A DNA stretch of 64,000 bases from Rhynchobatus australiae (taxonomy: Eukaryota), in contig JAUZTB010000062.1 of the NCBI GenBank assembly GCA_034780895.1, positions 5,505,012 to 5,569,011 of the forward strand, read 5' to 3'. The first letter of the stretch is position 1. Each line of letters starts with the position of its first letter. The translations under genes and the position numbers were made by a program. The notes beneath the pieces are model-generated. The model did not search any database and had not been told where the DNA came from. It saw only the letters and a list, made by a program, of their open reading frames with translations. Shown in pieces: positions 26,431-38,494 of the stretch.

Positions 26431-26879
26431 GGAGCAGTTTGGGGTGTCCGGTCTGGTCTTACCAAGGCCCTATACAACTATGGTGAAACGTAGTGCTTTT
26501 ATGCTCCCATACTCTAATCCCGTTATCTGCAAAGGCCGGCATACAATTTGCCATCTTAATTGCTTAGTGAACCTACATGCTTACCTTTGGTTACTGGTGC
26601 ATAAGAACAGACTGGCCTCATTGCATCTCTCTCCCAAAATGTTGCTTTTGAGGTAATAATCTGCCACCTTGTTATTTCCACCTGACGTTGAAGACTATAT
26701 TCAGTAAGGAAATGCCCAAAAATGGGATTTTTTGGAGTTAATGATTTAGGTCTTCTGATTTAAGTCTTCTGCTTAAATTTAGAAATTATCAGGAAGTTTA
26801 AACCCAAGTGTGGCAAACTTAATAAAAATTCTGTGACTTTATTGTGCATAATATTGGTCTCTTTTTATTAAAAACTTAT

Positions 26880-27370
26880 GCTAATACATTGGAAAGAGTT
26901 GAGAGAAAATTTACTAGACTGCTACATGGAATGGGCAGGTTGTCCTTTAAGAAAAAGGTGGACAAGCTCAGCTTGTATCAGCTGGTGCTTTGAAGAGTGA
27001 AAGGGGACTTCACTGAAACATAAGATCCTGCAGGAACATGACAGAATGGATGTGGATGGGATGTTTTTTCTTGTGGGAGAATCTTAATGGTCATTGTTTT
27101 CAAAACAAAAAATAAGGGGTCACCCAATTAAGACATGAAGTGAATTTTTTTTCTTTTAGAAGTTCATGAGCATTTAGAACACACTTCCTCAAAGGGAGGT
27201 GGCTACAGAGTCTTCAAATATTTTTAAAGCCGAGGTAGATAGTTGATTAGCAGGAGGGATGAAAAGTTACTGGGGTAGACAGAAATGCAGAGTTGAAGTT
27301 ACAATCAGATCAGTCACGATCTTATGAAGTGACAAAGTAAGCTCAAGGCCTACTCCTCATTTACATGTTA
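26880..27370 (+). mobile_element. CR1 LINE 3' end (ORF2 C-terminus and 3' UTR)
   Basis: TTGGAAAGAGTTGAGAGAAAATTTACTAGACTG (LERVERKFTRL), ..AGGGGACTTCACTGAAACATAAGATC.., tail GGCCTACTCCT. Confidence 0.75.
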
Positions 27371-28707
27371 GTACTCACTTTTTCAGGACAGTACATGCAT
27401 TAGTTTTGCATCTAAAATTGAGAACTTTTTTTTAAAAAGACCTAGGTAAATGAAGAACCACTGACATCACCAGATAATAAGATCTGTCTCCTTCAAAAAT
27501 TCCATCATATCCGACCCTTTCCTGTCGGGCAGGATGAGGGATGTGAGTCATGTGAACACAAACCAGCCTTTCTACGTCAATTATTTCCTGAAAGGCTGGG
27601 GTTGGTGATGTCAGAGTTTCGGGCGATTAATTCATTTGGACTGGCATTTTTCAGTCTGGCAATTTTAAAATTCCTAAATTATGATTATTTGCGGTTTCAG
27701 ATTCCAGCTTTATTTAAATTGTTTTTTCTGGCTCAGTGGTGATTGTACCATGAGTGGACCATTTAAGATTCTACCTATGTTTATAGATAAATTATTGAAA
27801 ATTATCCATTTTTATGGTTAATATGTTACAGAATATGAAATACAACTTTCTTAAGTTTGCTACACTTATGTTTAAATTTCTTGATAATTTCCAAAATTTA
27901 ATGACGTGATAATTTAAAGCATGAACTAAATGTTATTAATGCAAAAAAAATTCTTTACCATATATAGTCTTCAGTGTCAATTGAATTTGGAAATATAAAA
28001 TTTAAATGTTCTGCTCATATTCAGATTGCCTCTAAACACCTGTTGGAATGATCTTCATAGATTTTACATTTTGTGAGTAGCATGCCACTCAATTGTCCTT
28101 TTTCTTTTACCATTATCTAATCTGTCCCTTGGTCTATTTTAAATGCAGCTCCAGTGCTAGAAGAATACAAAATGATTCCCCCCACCACCCCCTTTCCAAA
28201 ACAATCATAAATTGATACATTTACCACTTCTCTCCTGTGGAGAAGAACTTTCATCAGTCAATCAGGTTTTCTATGTTAGAAGAGTTACACCAGCAACTTA
28301 ACATGCCACAGCATACCATCAGTGGACTCGAATTAAATTAATATTATTTTAACAGTTTATTTTGATCACTTTTTTTTTCCTTTCCATCATCCCCCAAGTA
28401 CACAATCTTATCCTTCCAGGATGGCAATCTAAATTTCTTTTAGTTTTTCTCCTTTACGCAAAGACCAATTCACTACTTGCCACTTTGTACTATTGTATCA
28501 GGAGTGCATAGTGTGGCAATTGTAGATAACCATCTCTGCCTCACCACTTTTTTTTTCCGGATCCATATTTTCTTCAAAACCATGTATTTGTAGGTTGTAT
28601 GTGTGGTTTTGCTATGCACTGCTATATGTGTATCTTGTTTTGAGTTGTGTTTTCTTTTTACCTAAATACAATAATTGGTGTTTCATTTCTCTTCAACCTG
28701 ATCATAG

Positions 28708-28910
28708 ACCTGCTTCTGAATATGCCAGTCCTGGCAGGCCATTGAGTTGCATAGTGGATGAGAATACACCTATTAGTCCAGCTAATGGTGCTTCATGTGG
28801 ACAGACACCTGACCCAAGGATGGCAGAGAGGAGGGTGAGGTCACAAAGACACAGGAATTATATGAGTCGGACACACTTGCACCTTCCACCCGATCTCCCA
28901 GAAGGTTATG
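28708..28910 (+). CDS. SMURF2: SMURF2 coding exon 8 (WW1-WW2 linker)
   Basis: ctgatcatAG|ACCTGCT...GGTTATG|GTaagt; PASEYASPGRPLSCIVDENTPISPANGASCGQTPDPRMAERRVRSQRHRNYMSRTHLHLPPDLPEGY; 203 nt. Confidence 0.97.
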
Positions 28911-29229
28911 GTAAGTCACTTAATTTCATTTTAAAGAGTATGTGATTTTGGGAATTGTTATAGTTCTCTATTGTATTGCAGGTGATTTCGCTTGAAGTTA
29001 TTTTAAGAATTATAAGCAGTTGGGTTTAATGTACTTAAGTAAATGGCATGTGTACAAAAGGCAGTTGAGTTTCCTCTTGTAACCTGTAAACTTATAACTA
29101 AAACAGTTGGCAGGAGTATTGTGAAACTTTTTTATGGTTATTGTGTATGGAGAATTCAGAGGTGAAGGGTGACTCATGATTCACTTTTATATCTCCACTA
29201 ATCATTCCTCTTAAGTACTTTCCTATGCA

Positions 29230-30005
29230 ATTGTAAGAGATGCAACAGTTGCCGTTTTACTTCCTTTTTCATCATCCAGGGACCCAGTCTTTCAGGTGAA
29301 GCAGTAATTTACTAACACTCATAATTTAGTCCATTGCAATGGATGCTCATGATATGTTCTTTTCTGCTGTGGAGAAAGTGAATGTAGATTGGGTGATTCC
29401 ATTGCAGAACTAGCCTCCTAGACAAAACCCAACACGACGTTTGGGGAACAGTGCCTCATCTTCTGTCCAGGCATGTTGTAGTCCTCAGGAATTTAATATA
29501 ATTTCAGATACTCAGCCTTTCCTGTTTGTCAGAACTGGCATTTCTGATGCAAGGGTATTCACCTGTGACATTGACTCAGTTTTTCCTCTCTCCACAAATA
29601 CTGCCTGATTTACTGGGTATTTCCAGCATTGTCTTTTATTTCTGATCTCTAGAACTGTTTTGTTCTGCATATTAAAGTTCCAGCAACATTTGTTTTTCGT
29701 ATATAGCCCTCGTTCATCCCTCTATTTACAATCCTCCAGATAGATCAGCTGTAATTACAAGCATTCACACTCTTAGATGGCATTAAAGCATTTTTGCCAC
29801 TTGATCTTCACAAACATGTCCTTGTTCCCTCCATCCCTCTCCCTCTGTGCAATTTAAACACAGGTCTTTCCTTGTTTCCTAGTCTAGTGAAGGATCATTG
29901 ACCTGAAGTATTAACTTTTCTCTCCACAAATGCAGCCAGACCTTCTGAGTATCTCTAGGTTTTTTTTTATTTGTGCTTCCCAGCATCTGTGATGCTTTTG
30001 TTTTT
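29230..30005 (+). mobile_element. Penelope-like element 3' part: decayed GIY-YIG plus two tandem pseudo-LTR ends
   Basis: ATCCAGGGACCC..TTCAGGTGAAGCAG...GGAGAAAGTGAATGTAGATTGGGTGAT (IQGP..FQVKQ..GE...RLGD); degenerate hammerhead units at 29544 and 29884. Confidence 0.7.
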
Positions 30006-30744
30006 TGAATACTGCTATATCTTTGTATTACAGATTTGATTTCTTTGCCATGGAGAGTAGATATAACCAAGGTGTCAGGCACTGAAATTGAAATAACTGT
30101 TGAGTTGCATAGGTTTACTGAGGTGTGTGAAAGGGACATATAAAGCTTACATTTGCCCTATGGTTTGGATATCTTGATCTCTGATAGAATGCTGTTCAGT
30201 GCCATCACTATGCTTCTGGTGAAAATCCAGGTTCTGGGTGAAAATCCATCATCTCAAGGCAGCCAGAGAAGAGCATTAAGCATGATCTTGGTAGCAATGT
30301 CCTGGGATTTTTAACAAATTGGTTCTGGGCACTGAGGAAGATTTTTTTTAATCATGAGCTTAAGGAATTGCTTTTCAAATTCAGCAGTGAAGACAGCAGG
30401 AATATAATGCTTATCCCATTTTCAAGTTACAGTATACTGGCTGATTCAGAGAACTGAATGTAATGCTTAACCTTTGCATTAGTGCNNNNNNNNNNNNNNN
30501 NNNNNNNNNNNNNNNNNNNNNNNNNNNNNNNNNNNNNNNNNNNNNNNNNNNNNNNNNNNNNNNNNNNNNNNNNNNNNNNNNNNNNNNNNNNNNNNNNNNN
30601 NNNNNNNNNNNNNNNNNNNNNNNNNNNNNNCACATTAATTCCATTTTATGGCACTTGGCCCCTAGACTCCCATGCAATGTAACTCACGTGCTTAATGAAA
30701 GGCTACTTAAATGTGAGAGTACCAACCTCCAGCACTGTTGTGCA

Positions 30745-31420
30745 GTGCATCCCCATTATTAACCACCTTGGGTAAAAACATTTTTCCTTGGAGCCCTCTA
30801 ACCTCTTGCATCTTATTTTAAAACTATGTTCTCTAGTTAAAGACTGAACATAATATAATGGAAACATTTCTCATGATCTAAGCATAATAAAAACAGAAAC
30901 ACTTCTCATTATCTACCCAAACTATGCCCCTCATAATTCTGTATACCTCACTCAGGTCCCCCTTCAGCCTTCTCCCCTTCAAGGAAAACATACCAACCCC
31001 ATCCAATCTCCTCTTGTAGCTGAAACACTCCGTCTCAGGCAACATCATGGTGAATGTCATTTACCCTCCAGTGCAATCACATTCTTCCCATAACATGGTG
31101 ACCACAACTGCACACAATACTTAAGCTGTGGCCTAAATATGTTTTGTTCAGTCGTTCCATAATCTCCCTGGTTTTGTACTGTCACAGCTAATGAAAACAA
31201 GTATCCTGTATGCCTTCTACACCACCCTATTTACCCTTGCACCCACCTTCAGAGATCCTTGGAATTCTTGCATTCATGTCCAGATTGTTAATATATAAAT
31301 CAAACAGAATTGGCCCTAGCATCAACCCCTGTGGTACACTACTGGTCAGGAACCTCCAATTGCAAAGACTACTCTCAACTCTCAGCCTCTGCCTCCTATC
31401 ACTATATCAATTTTACATCC
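30745..31420 (-). mobile_element. CR1 LINE fragment
   Basis: Minus ORF 30878-31060 SYKRRLDGVGMFSLKGRRLKGDLSEVYRIMRG, the CR1 ORF2 C-terminal motif. Confidence 0.8.
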
Positions 31421-31424
31421 AATC

Positions 31425-32765
31425 TGGACTTAGAAGTGATTTAGCAAAAGTAGTCTGGAAATAGCTACTTGAAGTTAAAGTTGCTCAAAGAAATGGGAGG
31501 CATTCACAAAGGAGATTCAGGGAGTACAGGATACATGTGTGCTGCAAAGAAAAGGGTTAGACTGCCAAGTCTGGAAGCCACTGGATAACAAGGTGCATAA
31601 AGGTTAAGATAAAGAAAAAGAAAGTTTGTGCCAGATGCGGAGCTTAATACAGCAGAAAGCCAAGAAGAGTATAGAATGTGTAAGGTGAAATTGAAAGGGA
31701 AATTTGGAAAGCAAAGAAAGGGCATGGAAAAATTACTGCCGGGTAAAATGAAGGAAAACCTGAAGATACTTTATGAGCGCATCAAGCATGAAAGGATAAT
31801 CGAAGGAAAATGGCCTATAAAGGCCTAAAGAGGCAGCCTGAGTGTCGAAGCAGAGAATGCAGAAAGTTTCTTAATTAAAATTTTGTGACTATCTGTGGGA
31901 TGATGTCAATATTATTACTGAGGGGGAGGAATGATATATTAAATGGGATAAGCATAATAAAGGAGGGAGTATTAAGAGGCTTAGCTTTTGTTGAAAGTGA
32001 GTAGATCGTCAGACTCAGATGAAATGCACCCCAGGCTATTAAAAGAAGCAAAGGAGGTCCATCCATCTGACCATCATTTACCTCTCCTGCCCGTATACAG
32101 TAGTAACACCAGAGTATTGGAGCGCTCCCAGTTCCTGCGCACTCCATCCACTCTCTGAGCTCCCAGTTCCTGTGCACTCTTTCAACTTGCTTGCCTCTAC
32201 TGGAAAGTTTATTATAACGCTTTGTAAAAAGAAGTGAATTAAAAATGTGTTTCGGTATTGATAGAAATAACGTTCAGTAGTCCAGAACATCTGATAGTCC
32301 GCACCATTAAAGTCCCAAGGGAACTGGATTGTNNNNNNNNNNNNNNNTCAGAGATTTGCTGTAATTATAGGCCAAATTATTAGAATCAATTCTGAGGGAC
32401 AGTATGCACCTTTGTTCAGAAAGACACAGATTAAGCAAGTATAGTCCACTGGAATTTAAGAGAAGACTAACTCAATTGAATTTTTTTTAAGGTGATTGCA
32501 AGGGGGATTAGTAATGGCAATATGCTTGATGTAATCTATAAGGAATTTTGCCAAAGCTTTTGGCAAGGCTGCATAGAGTAGGTAGGAAAGAACTATTTCC
32601 CTTAGCAGAATGGTCATTACTAAGTGGCATAGGTTTAATGGGATGGCGGTGAGGGTGGGATTAAAGGGGTAGTCAGGAAAATGTTTTTGCCAGATGGAGG
32701 GGATCTGTAACTCACTGCCTGAAAGGATGACAGAGGCATAAACTGTTACCATCAAATAAACATGC
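31425..32765 (+). mobile_element. Fragmented CR1 LINE (sense) with an unassigned insert near 32060-32345
   Basis: ORF 31628 EEYRMCKVKLKGK...MKENLKILYERIKHER; GATGAAATGCACCCCAGGCTATTAAAAGAA (DEMHPRLLKE); 3' block AACTCACTGCCTGAAAGG. Confidence 0.65.
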
Positions 32766-32839
32766 AAGTTTCTTTCAAAGGTTATTTTTATTTTGATTTG
32801 GTCTAATCTCACGCCAGAGAGCTGGTGTGGGATTAGACT

Positions 32840-33900
32840 AAATCAAAATTAAAAAAAACAGAAAATGCTGTAAGCGCTTAGCAGGTTAGGCAGCATCCAT
32901 GATCGTAGAAACAGAGTTAATGTTTCAGATTGGGGACCTCAGCACTGGAGAAGGTAATTTGAAGTAGCAAGGAAGGTGGCAGGAGGGATGGATAGGCCAA
33001 AGGGAGTATCTGCGATTGGGTGAGACCAGGTCAAATGGGTTAATGGGGCATTTAGCAAGTGATTATACCTTTTTGTCTCTTGTGTATTGTCATAGCTATG
33101 CTGTTGGGGACACCCATGAGGCTAGGCCACACTACTGATGAGAGAAAAACCGAGCCAATATCACAGAAGGATGACCTGCAGCAGAAATGGCCAGTTTTGA
33201 TGTAGATAGAAAAAGCACTTTGCCTGAAGTTAAAGAATTTGATATTGACTCCAGAAGGCTGAAGCACTCCCTAATGGGAGATGAGCTGTTGTTCCTTGAA
33301 CTTGTGTCGGGCATCAGTGCAGGAGATCACAGACAAAGGTTGAAATTGTATGGGGAATTAAAGGGGCAGGCAACAGGAAGTCCAGGGTCACTCCTGTAGA
33401 CTGAATGCAGGTGCTTCACAAAGTATTCACCAAATCTGTGTTTTGTTTCTTAAATATAGAGGACTTTGAGAACTCTGCATGCAATATATCAGATAGGACG
33501 AAGTGAATTGCTGCTTGGAAAGGCTGTTTGGGCCCTTGAATGGGGGAAAGGACAAGTGTTGCAAGTCTCCCAGTAGCAAAGGAAAATGCTGAATTGTGGG
33601 GAGTAGTTGGAGGGAATGGAAACGGGGACCAGGGAGATACCAAGGAAATAGCCCTTTAAAAATGCTGACAGGGGAGTAAATTTCCAGTGGGGGAACCTCG
33701 TTGGGAGCTGGCAGAAATTACAAAAGATAATCTGTTAAATACGGAGGCTATGGGGGTGGAAGAGAAGGACCAGGGAAACTATATCCTAGCTTGATCCAGG
33801 GTCAGAAGGGGTGAAAGCAGAGATGTGGGAAATTGATGGGTTACGGTCAAAGGCTCTGTCCACCAAGGCACAGGGGAAAGGGATATGTTCTCCTACTCTT
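32840..33900 (-). mobile_element. Penelope-like element remnant (RT C-terminus, GIY-YIG, pseudo-LTR)
   Basis: Minus ORF 33416-33643 PIQGPKQPFQ; antisense pLTR tail AAAACAGAAAATGCTG...GGCAGCATC...ACAGAGTTAATGTTTCAG. Confidence 0.7.
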
Positions 33901-36900
33901 CCAGCATTTCATAGGGACATTTCTGGTTGGAGAACCTGTTTCAGGGATTGAGAGGTTTACAGAGGGAATTCCAAAGCTTTGTGCTTTAGCAGCTGAATAG
34001 AGGGCATTCAATGGTGAATCAGGTTTAATTTCAGAGGTGCGTACATGTCCAGTATGAGAGAGTTGCAGACCTTGCAAGTGATTACATGTCCTTGGAGGAA
34101 ATTGCAGAGATAGGAAGGCACAGCTGGACAGCTTTTAAGCAATTCAGATGTAGGGTCAAGACTCAATGTGAACTTTGGGGGGATCATTCTGTGGAATGAA
34201 CAGAGATGTCTGGGATATGGAGGGCAGTTAAATAACAAAAGNNNNNNNNNNNNNNNNNNNNNNNNNNNNNNNNNNNNNNNNNNNNNNNNNNNNNNNNNNN
34301 NNNNNNNNNNNNNNNNNNNNNNNNNNNNNNNNNNNNNNNNNNNNNNNNNNNNNNNNNNNNNNNNNNNNNNNNNNNNNNNNNNNNNNNNNNNNNNNNNNNN
34401 NNNNNNNNNNNNNNNNNNNNNNNNNNNNNNNNNNNNNNNNNNNNNNNNNNNNNNNNNNNNNNNNNNNNNNNNNNNNNNNNNNNNNNNNNNNNNNNNNNNN
34501 NNNNNNNNNNNNNNNNNNNNNNNNNNNNNNNNNNNNNNNNNNNNNNNNNNNNNNNNNNNNNNNNNNNNNNNNNNNNNNNNNNNNNNNNNNNNNNNNNNNN
34601 NNNNNNNNNNNNNNNNNNNNNNNNNNNNNNNNNNNNNNNNNNNNNNNNNNNNNNNNNNNNNNNNNNNNNNNNNNNNNNNNNNNNNNNNNNNNNNNNNNNN
34701 NNNNNNNNNNNNNNNNNNNNNNNNNNNNNNNNNNNNNNNNNNNNNNNNNNNNNNNNNNNNNNNNNNNNNNNNNNNNNNNNNNNNNNNNNNNNNNNNNNNN
34801 NNNNNNNNNNNNNNNNNNNNNNNNNNNNNNNNNNNNNNNNNNNNNNNNNNNNNNNNNNNNNNNNNNNNNNNNNNNNNNNNNNNNNNNNNNNNNNNNNNNN
34901 NNNNNNNNNNNNNNNNNNNNNNNNNNNNNNNNNNNNNNNNNNNNNNNNNNNNNNNNNNNNNNNNNNNNNNNNNNNNNNNNNNNNNNNNNNNNNNNNNNNN
35001 NNNNNNNNNNNNNNNNNNNNNNNNNNNNNNNNNNNNNNNNNNNNNTTAAATTTTTGTAAATTATGTTATAAAACATTTGTTATATCGAGAACAGCACTCG
35101 GCTAATATTGTAGTATTGACTCAATATTTGTAACGTAGACTGAGTCACAGTCATTTTTCTGTTGGCTAATATTGATTAGCTGTGGTAGCCATCTTGAATT
35201 ACACTTGACTCTGAAAGTTTATTAGTTAAAGCCATTGTCATATTTGTCTGTTTAAATTACTAATTAGTCATTCTTCAACGCTTTTTATTCAGTGTCCCTT
35301 GACCCTGAAAATCATTCAGGGATGCAGAGCATGGAGGTTCAAGTCAAATACAACAGGTTTCTTTACTTCACATATACTGAACAAACCTGATGTAATCTAA
35401 ACACATTTTTATGTCTGCCGTATTTTTTTCTGTCTGTTTTCCTGAGACTGTATGCTTTTTGGGAAATAAAAAGTTGTTTGCATTATTTTTCCCTTTGTCA
35501 GTGAGGTGCTGACTTATATTGGCATAAAATTTCACAAGGATCAGCTGTCCTCTGGAATCTGGCTAAGACAATGAGTACTTCCATTTTTTTTCAAATATAG
35601 AAGACATCATGACCAGGCCCAATCCTGCCTACACCTGATATCCAAACATATTTTCCAGCAATAGTTGATAGCTGAAGAATCAAGCCACTTTCTGCCTCAT
35701 TTTTCACTAATGGAAGCTTGTAGGTCGATTGGAGTGCTCCCCCTGCTGTTAAGCAGTAAATCAACATAGAATGGAATCTGGCACCTTCCTGATCTGTGTA
35801 GTTAACCATCATGTGGGTAGCATTTATAATCTGATAAGTGACATCACATATTTAGTTTTGTATTATCACACCATTAAACATCTCGATCCATTTTGTCACA
35901 ATCATTTTTGTCCATTTCTGTAATTATATTAGGTTTTTCTCTTATAGAATTTATTTATTTTCCACCTGTTGATTTTATCAGGCCATTATTTATGTTGTGC
36001 TCTAATTCCAAGCCTCTGTTCACATTGTTTTAAGGGGCCATGTATCAGCTATGTGACGACAGCTTGTGCCTGTTACCTTTCCATCTATGTGTGTTGCATG
36101 TTCCTTTGCATCCACCCATCTCCCAACCTTTCATCTTCTGCCGCCCCTTTATCTCCCCCAAAACTGGCAGGTGACTTTTTGGAAATTGTAGTATTGTTGC
36201 CATTCTTTCATAATGAAGCCTGTCATTGTCATGCTATGGATTAAGGCACCTAATAAAAAGGTGCACAGGAATTCTCAGTCAAATATGATTAAGTCTTTCC
36301 TTAACTTTAGGGGTATGATGGGATGATGAATTTTGTGGCTATGGGGAGCCCTTTTGAAATGGATATTACAAATGGATATTAGAGAGAACATTGTTCAACT
36401 ATACACATTAAGCACTGATTTATGCTGCTGATTCAAAAATATACTGTCAAAGTCTTTCCATTATCCTCAAAGTAGTTATCTTTTCCCAAGAAATTGTGTT
36501 AGGAAATAGATTTGAAGGAATGAATTGGCATGTTTATAAGCATATTTCTCCAGAGCTTATATTGTGTAACTCACTGGTTAATGGATTAAAATCATTTTTG
36601 TCACATTGGCCCTCATAGTGTTAGATGTCATGGTTGAGGTGAATTGGTCTATGCAAGGTGCAAGTCCATTTCATGCAACTTATGCATGGAAATGGCAAGC
36701 AGGAAGGAAACAAGTTCTGTGTTTTGATTTTGTCTTGTACCTATTTCAAGTTTTGGGAAAGTGTGGAGTGGGAGCTAAATGCTTCAGTGTATACTGAACA
36801 GGAAAAATTGTAATTTCTTTTGACCTCCAGGCGGTCAGTAATGGTTTGGCAGAGCTTTGGAGCCTGATTCATTTGTCAGTTGTTCTGTTCGACATGTTCC

Positions 36901-37139
36901 CTCTCTCTACTTCAGATCATGAAAGAAAATCTTTTGAAATGGTTCTATTCCTTTGCATGAATATCTGCCAGTTTCATGCCTGAAACTTGCAACTACAATT
37001 AGTAATTTTCTTTGACAGTCTTGCCATGTTATATGNNNNNNNNNNNNNNNNNNNNNNNNNNNNNNNNNNNNNNNNNNNNNNNNNNNNNNNNNNNNNNNNN
37101 NNNNNNTCAAGCCTGCTCCACCATTCAATGTGATCATAG

Positions 37140-37224
37140 AACAAAGAACAACACAGCAAGGTCAGGTGTACTTTCTGCACACACAGACCGGAGTGAGCAC
37201 ATGGCATGATCCTCGAGTACCCAG
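37140..37224 (+). CDS. SMURF2: SMURF2 coding exon 9 (WW2)
   Basis: gatcatAG|AACAAAGA...GTACCCAG|GTaaag; (E)QRTTQQGQVYFLHTQTGVSTWHDPRVP(R); 85 nt; acceptor context is atypical (see findings). Confidence 0.95.
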
Positions 37225-38335
37225 GTAAAGGAATTCTAGCCAAAGAGGTCTACTTTGGCAGCAACTCAGGAAAAAAGTCAAGATTATTTCAGTTTATGTG
37301 ATAGAAAATATAAACTGCTGGTGGGGGAGGGAAAACAGCATTATTTCTTATAACTGTTAAACCTAGATTGTAAGATTGTGGATCCTCTTGTGTTAGAGAG
37401 ATTTTGATGTGCAAAACAAAAAAATAAAATTTTTAAGGGTTTGAATTTCAGGCGCATACTTAAAACTGCCTGATCAGTGACAATAAATGCTTCAATTTTA
37501 TTTCCTCTTTTGGGTTGCCTTCTAATATTTCCTTCTCAAAACAATAGCTAGTACAACTTGTCCTCACAATAGCCTTTGTTAGGAGGTTCACAACAGCTGG
37601 TGACATCAGAGGGATTGTTATGTTCAAGTTAAGATTGGAAATTCTTCCTTTGAGAGATTCCTGCCACTAGTAGGACATTAATTGGAAGCAAAACAATTCT
37701 GCACATGGGTGGAGAATGCATCTACCCTGGCGGCTGTCACAAAGCAATTGACACCCAGTTAAAGAAAGCTTTTGGCAGAGATCCAAGATTAGGTCAGTTG
37801 CCTTCAGATTTCTCTGGGGGATCAGTGCAGTTGTAGAGTGGGAACATTCTCTTAAAGAGTGAATATTAAATCAGCAAGGAAATTTTTTTAAAGTTTTATT
37901 TGAAAGAAACATGGCAATCAGATTATACTGGNNNNNNNNNNTGGCAGTGTAACAGCATAGATATGTTGTACATTTTGCGGTAAAGATTTTGGTTGAAAGC
38001 AAGTTTTCATGTTTCTGTATACTTTGGGAAGGACTACCAGTATAATATGAATGTGAAAGGTACCGGAACATTTGCTTATAATGGATTTATTCTTTGGGAT
38101 AAAGCCACTTGGCTGAGACCGGCGCTTAAAATGTAGATTAATGATATGACAACCTAGTTTTGAGGCCTATGCAGGTTTTGTAAGCTTGTATCTTGGGATA
38201 CTAAAGGATTCTAACAGAAAGTATCAAGTTCTTGGAACACTCTGGTTGTTCTGACATTATGGAATTGTATTCCTTACCATTTTAATTGGTTTGGCATGAA
38301 GTACGCTGAGGTAGCCGTCTATGTTTGTTTTGCAG

Positions 38336-38494
38336 GGATCTTAGCAACGTAAATTGTGAGGAACTAGGGCCATTACCTCCGGGCTGGGAAATTCGCAACA
38401 CAGCTACAGGAAGGGTCTACTTTGTTGACCACAACAACAGAACAACGCAGTTTACAGACCCAAGGTTGTCTGCTAATTTGCATTTTATTTTAAA
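38336..38494 (+). CDS. SMURF2: SMURF2 coding exon 10 (WW3)
   Basis: tttgttttgcAG|GGATCTT...ATTTTAAA|GTaagt; [52 protein letters not shown](N); 159 nt. Confidence 0.97.

Noticed and set aside
15205-35076. Long ORFs of 185-293 aa in the ORF track
   Set aside because: They are runs of X translated through N-gaps (15314-15825, 34242-35045).
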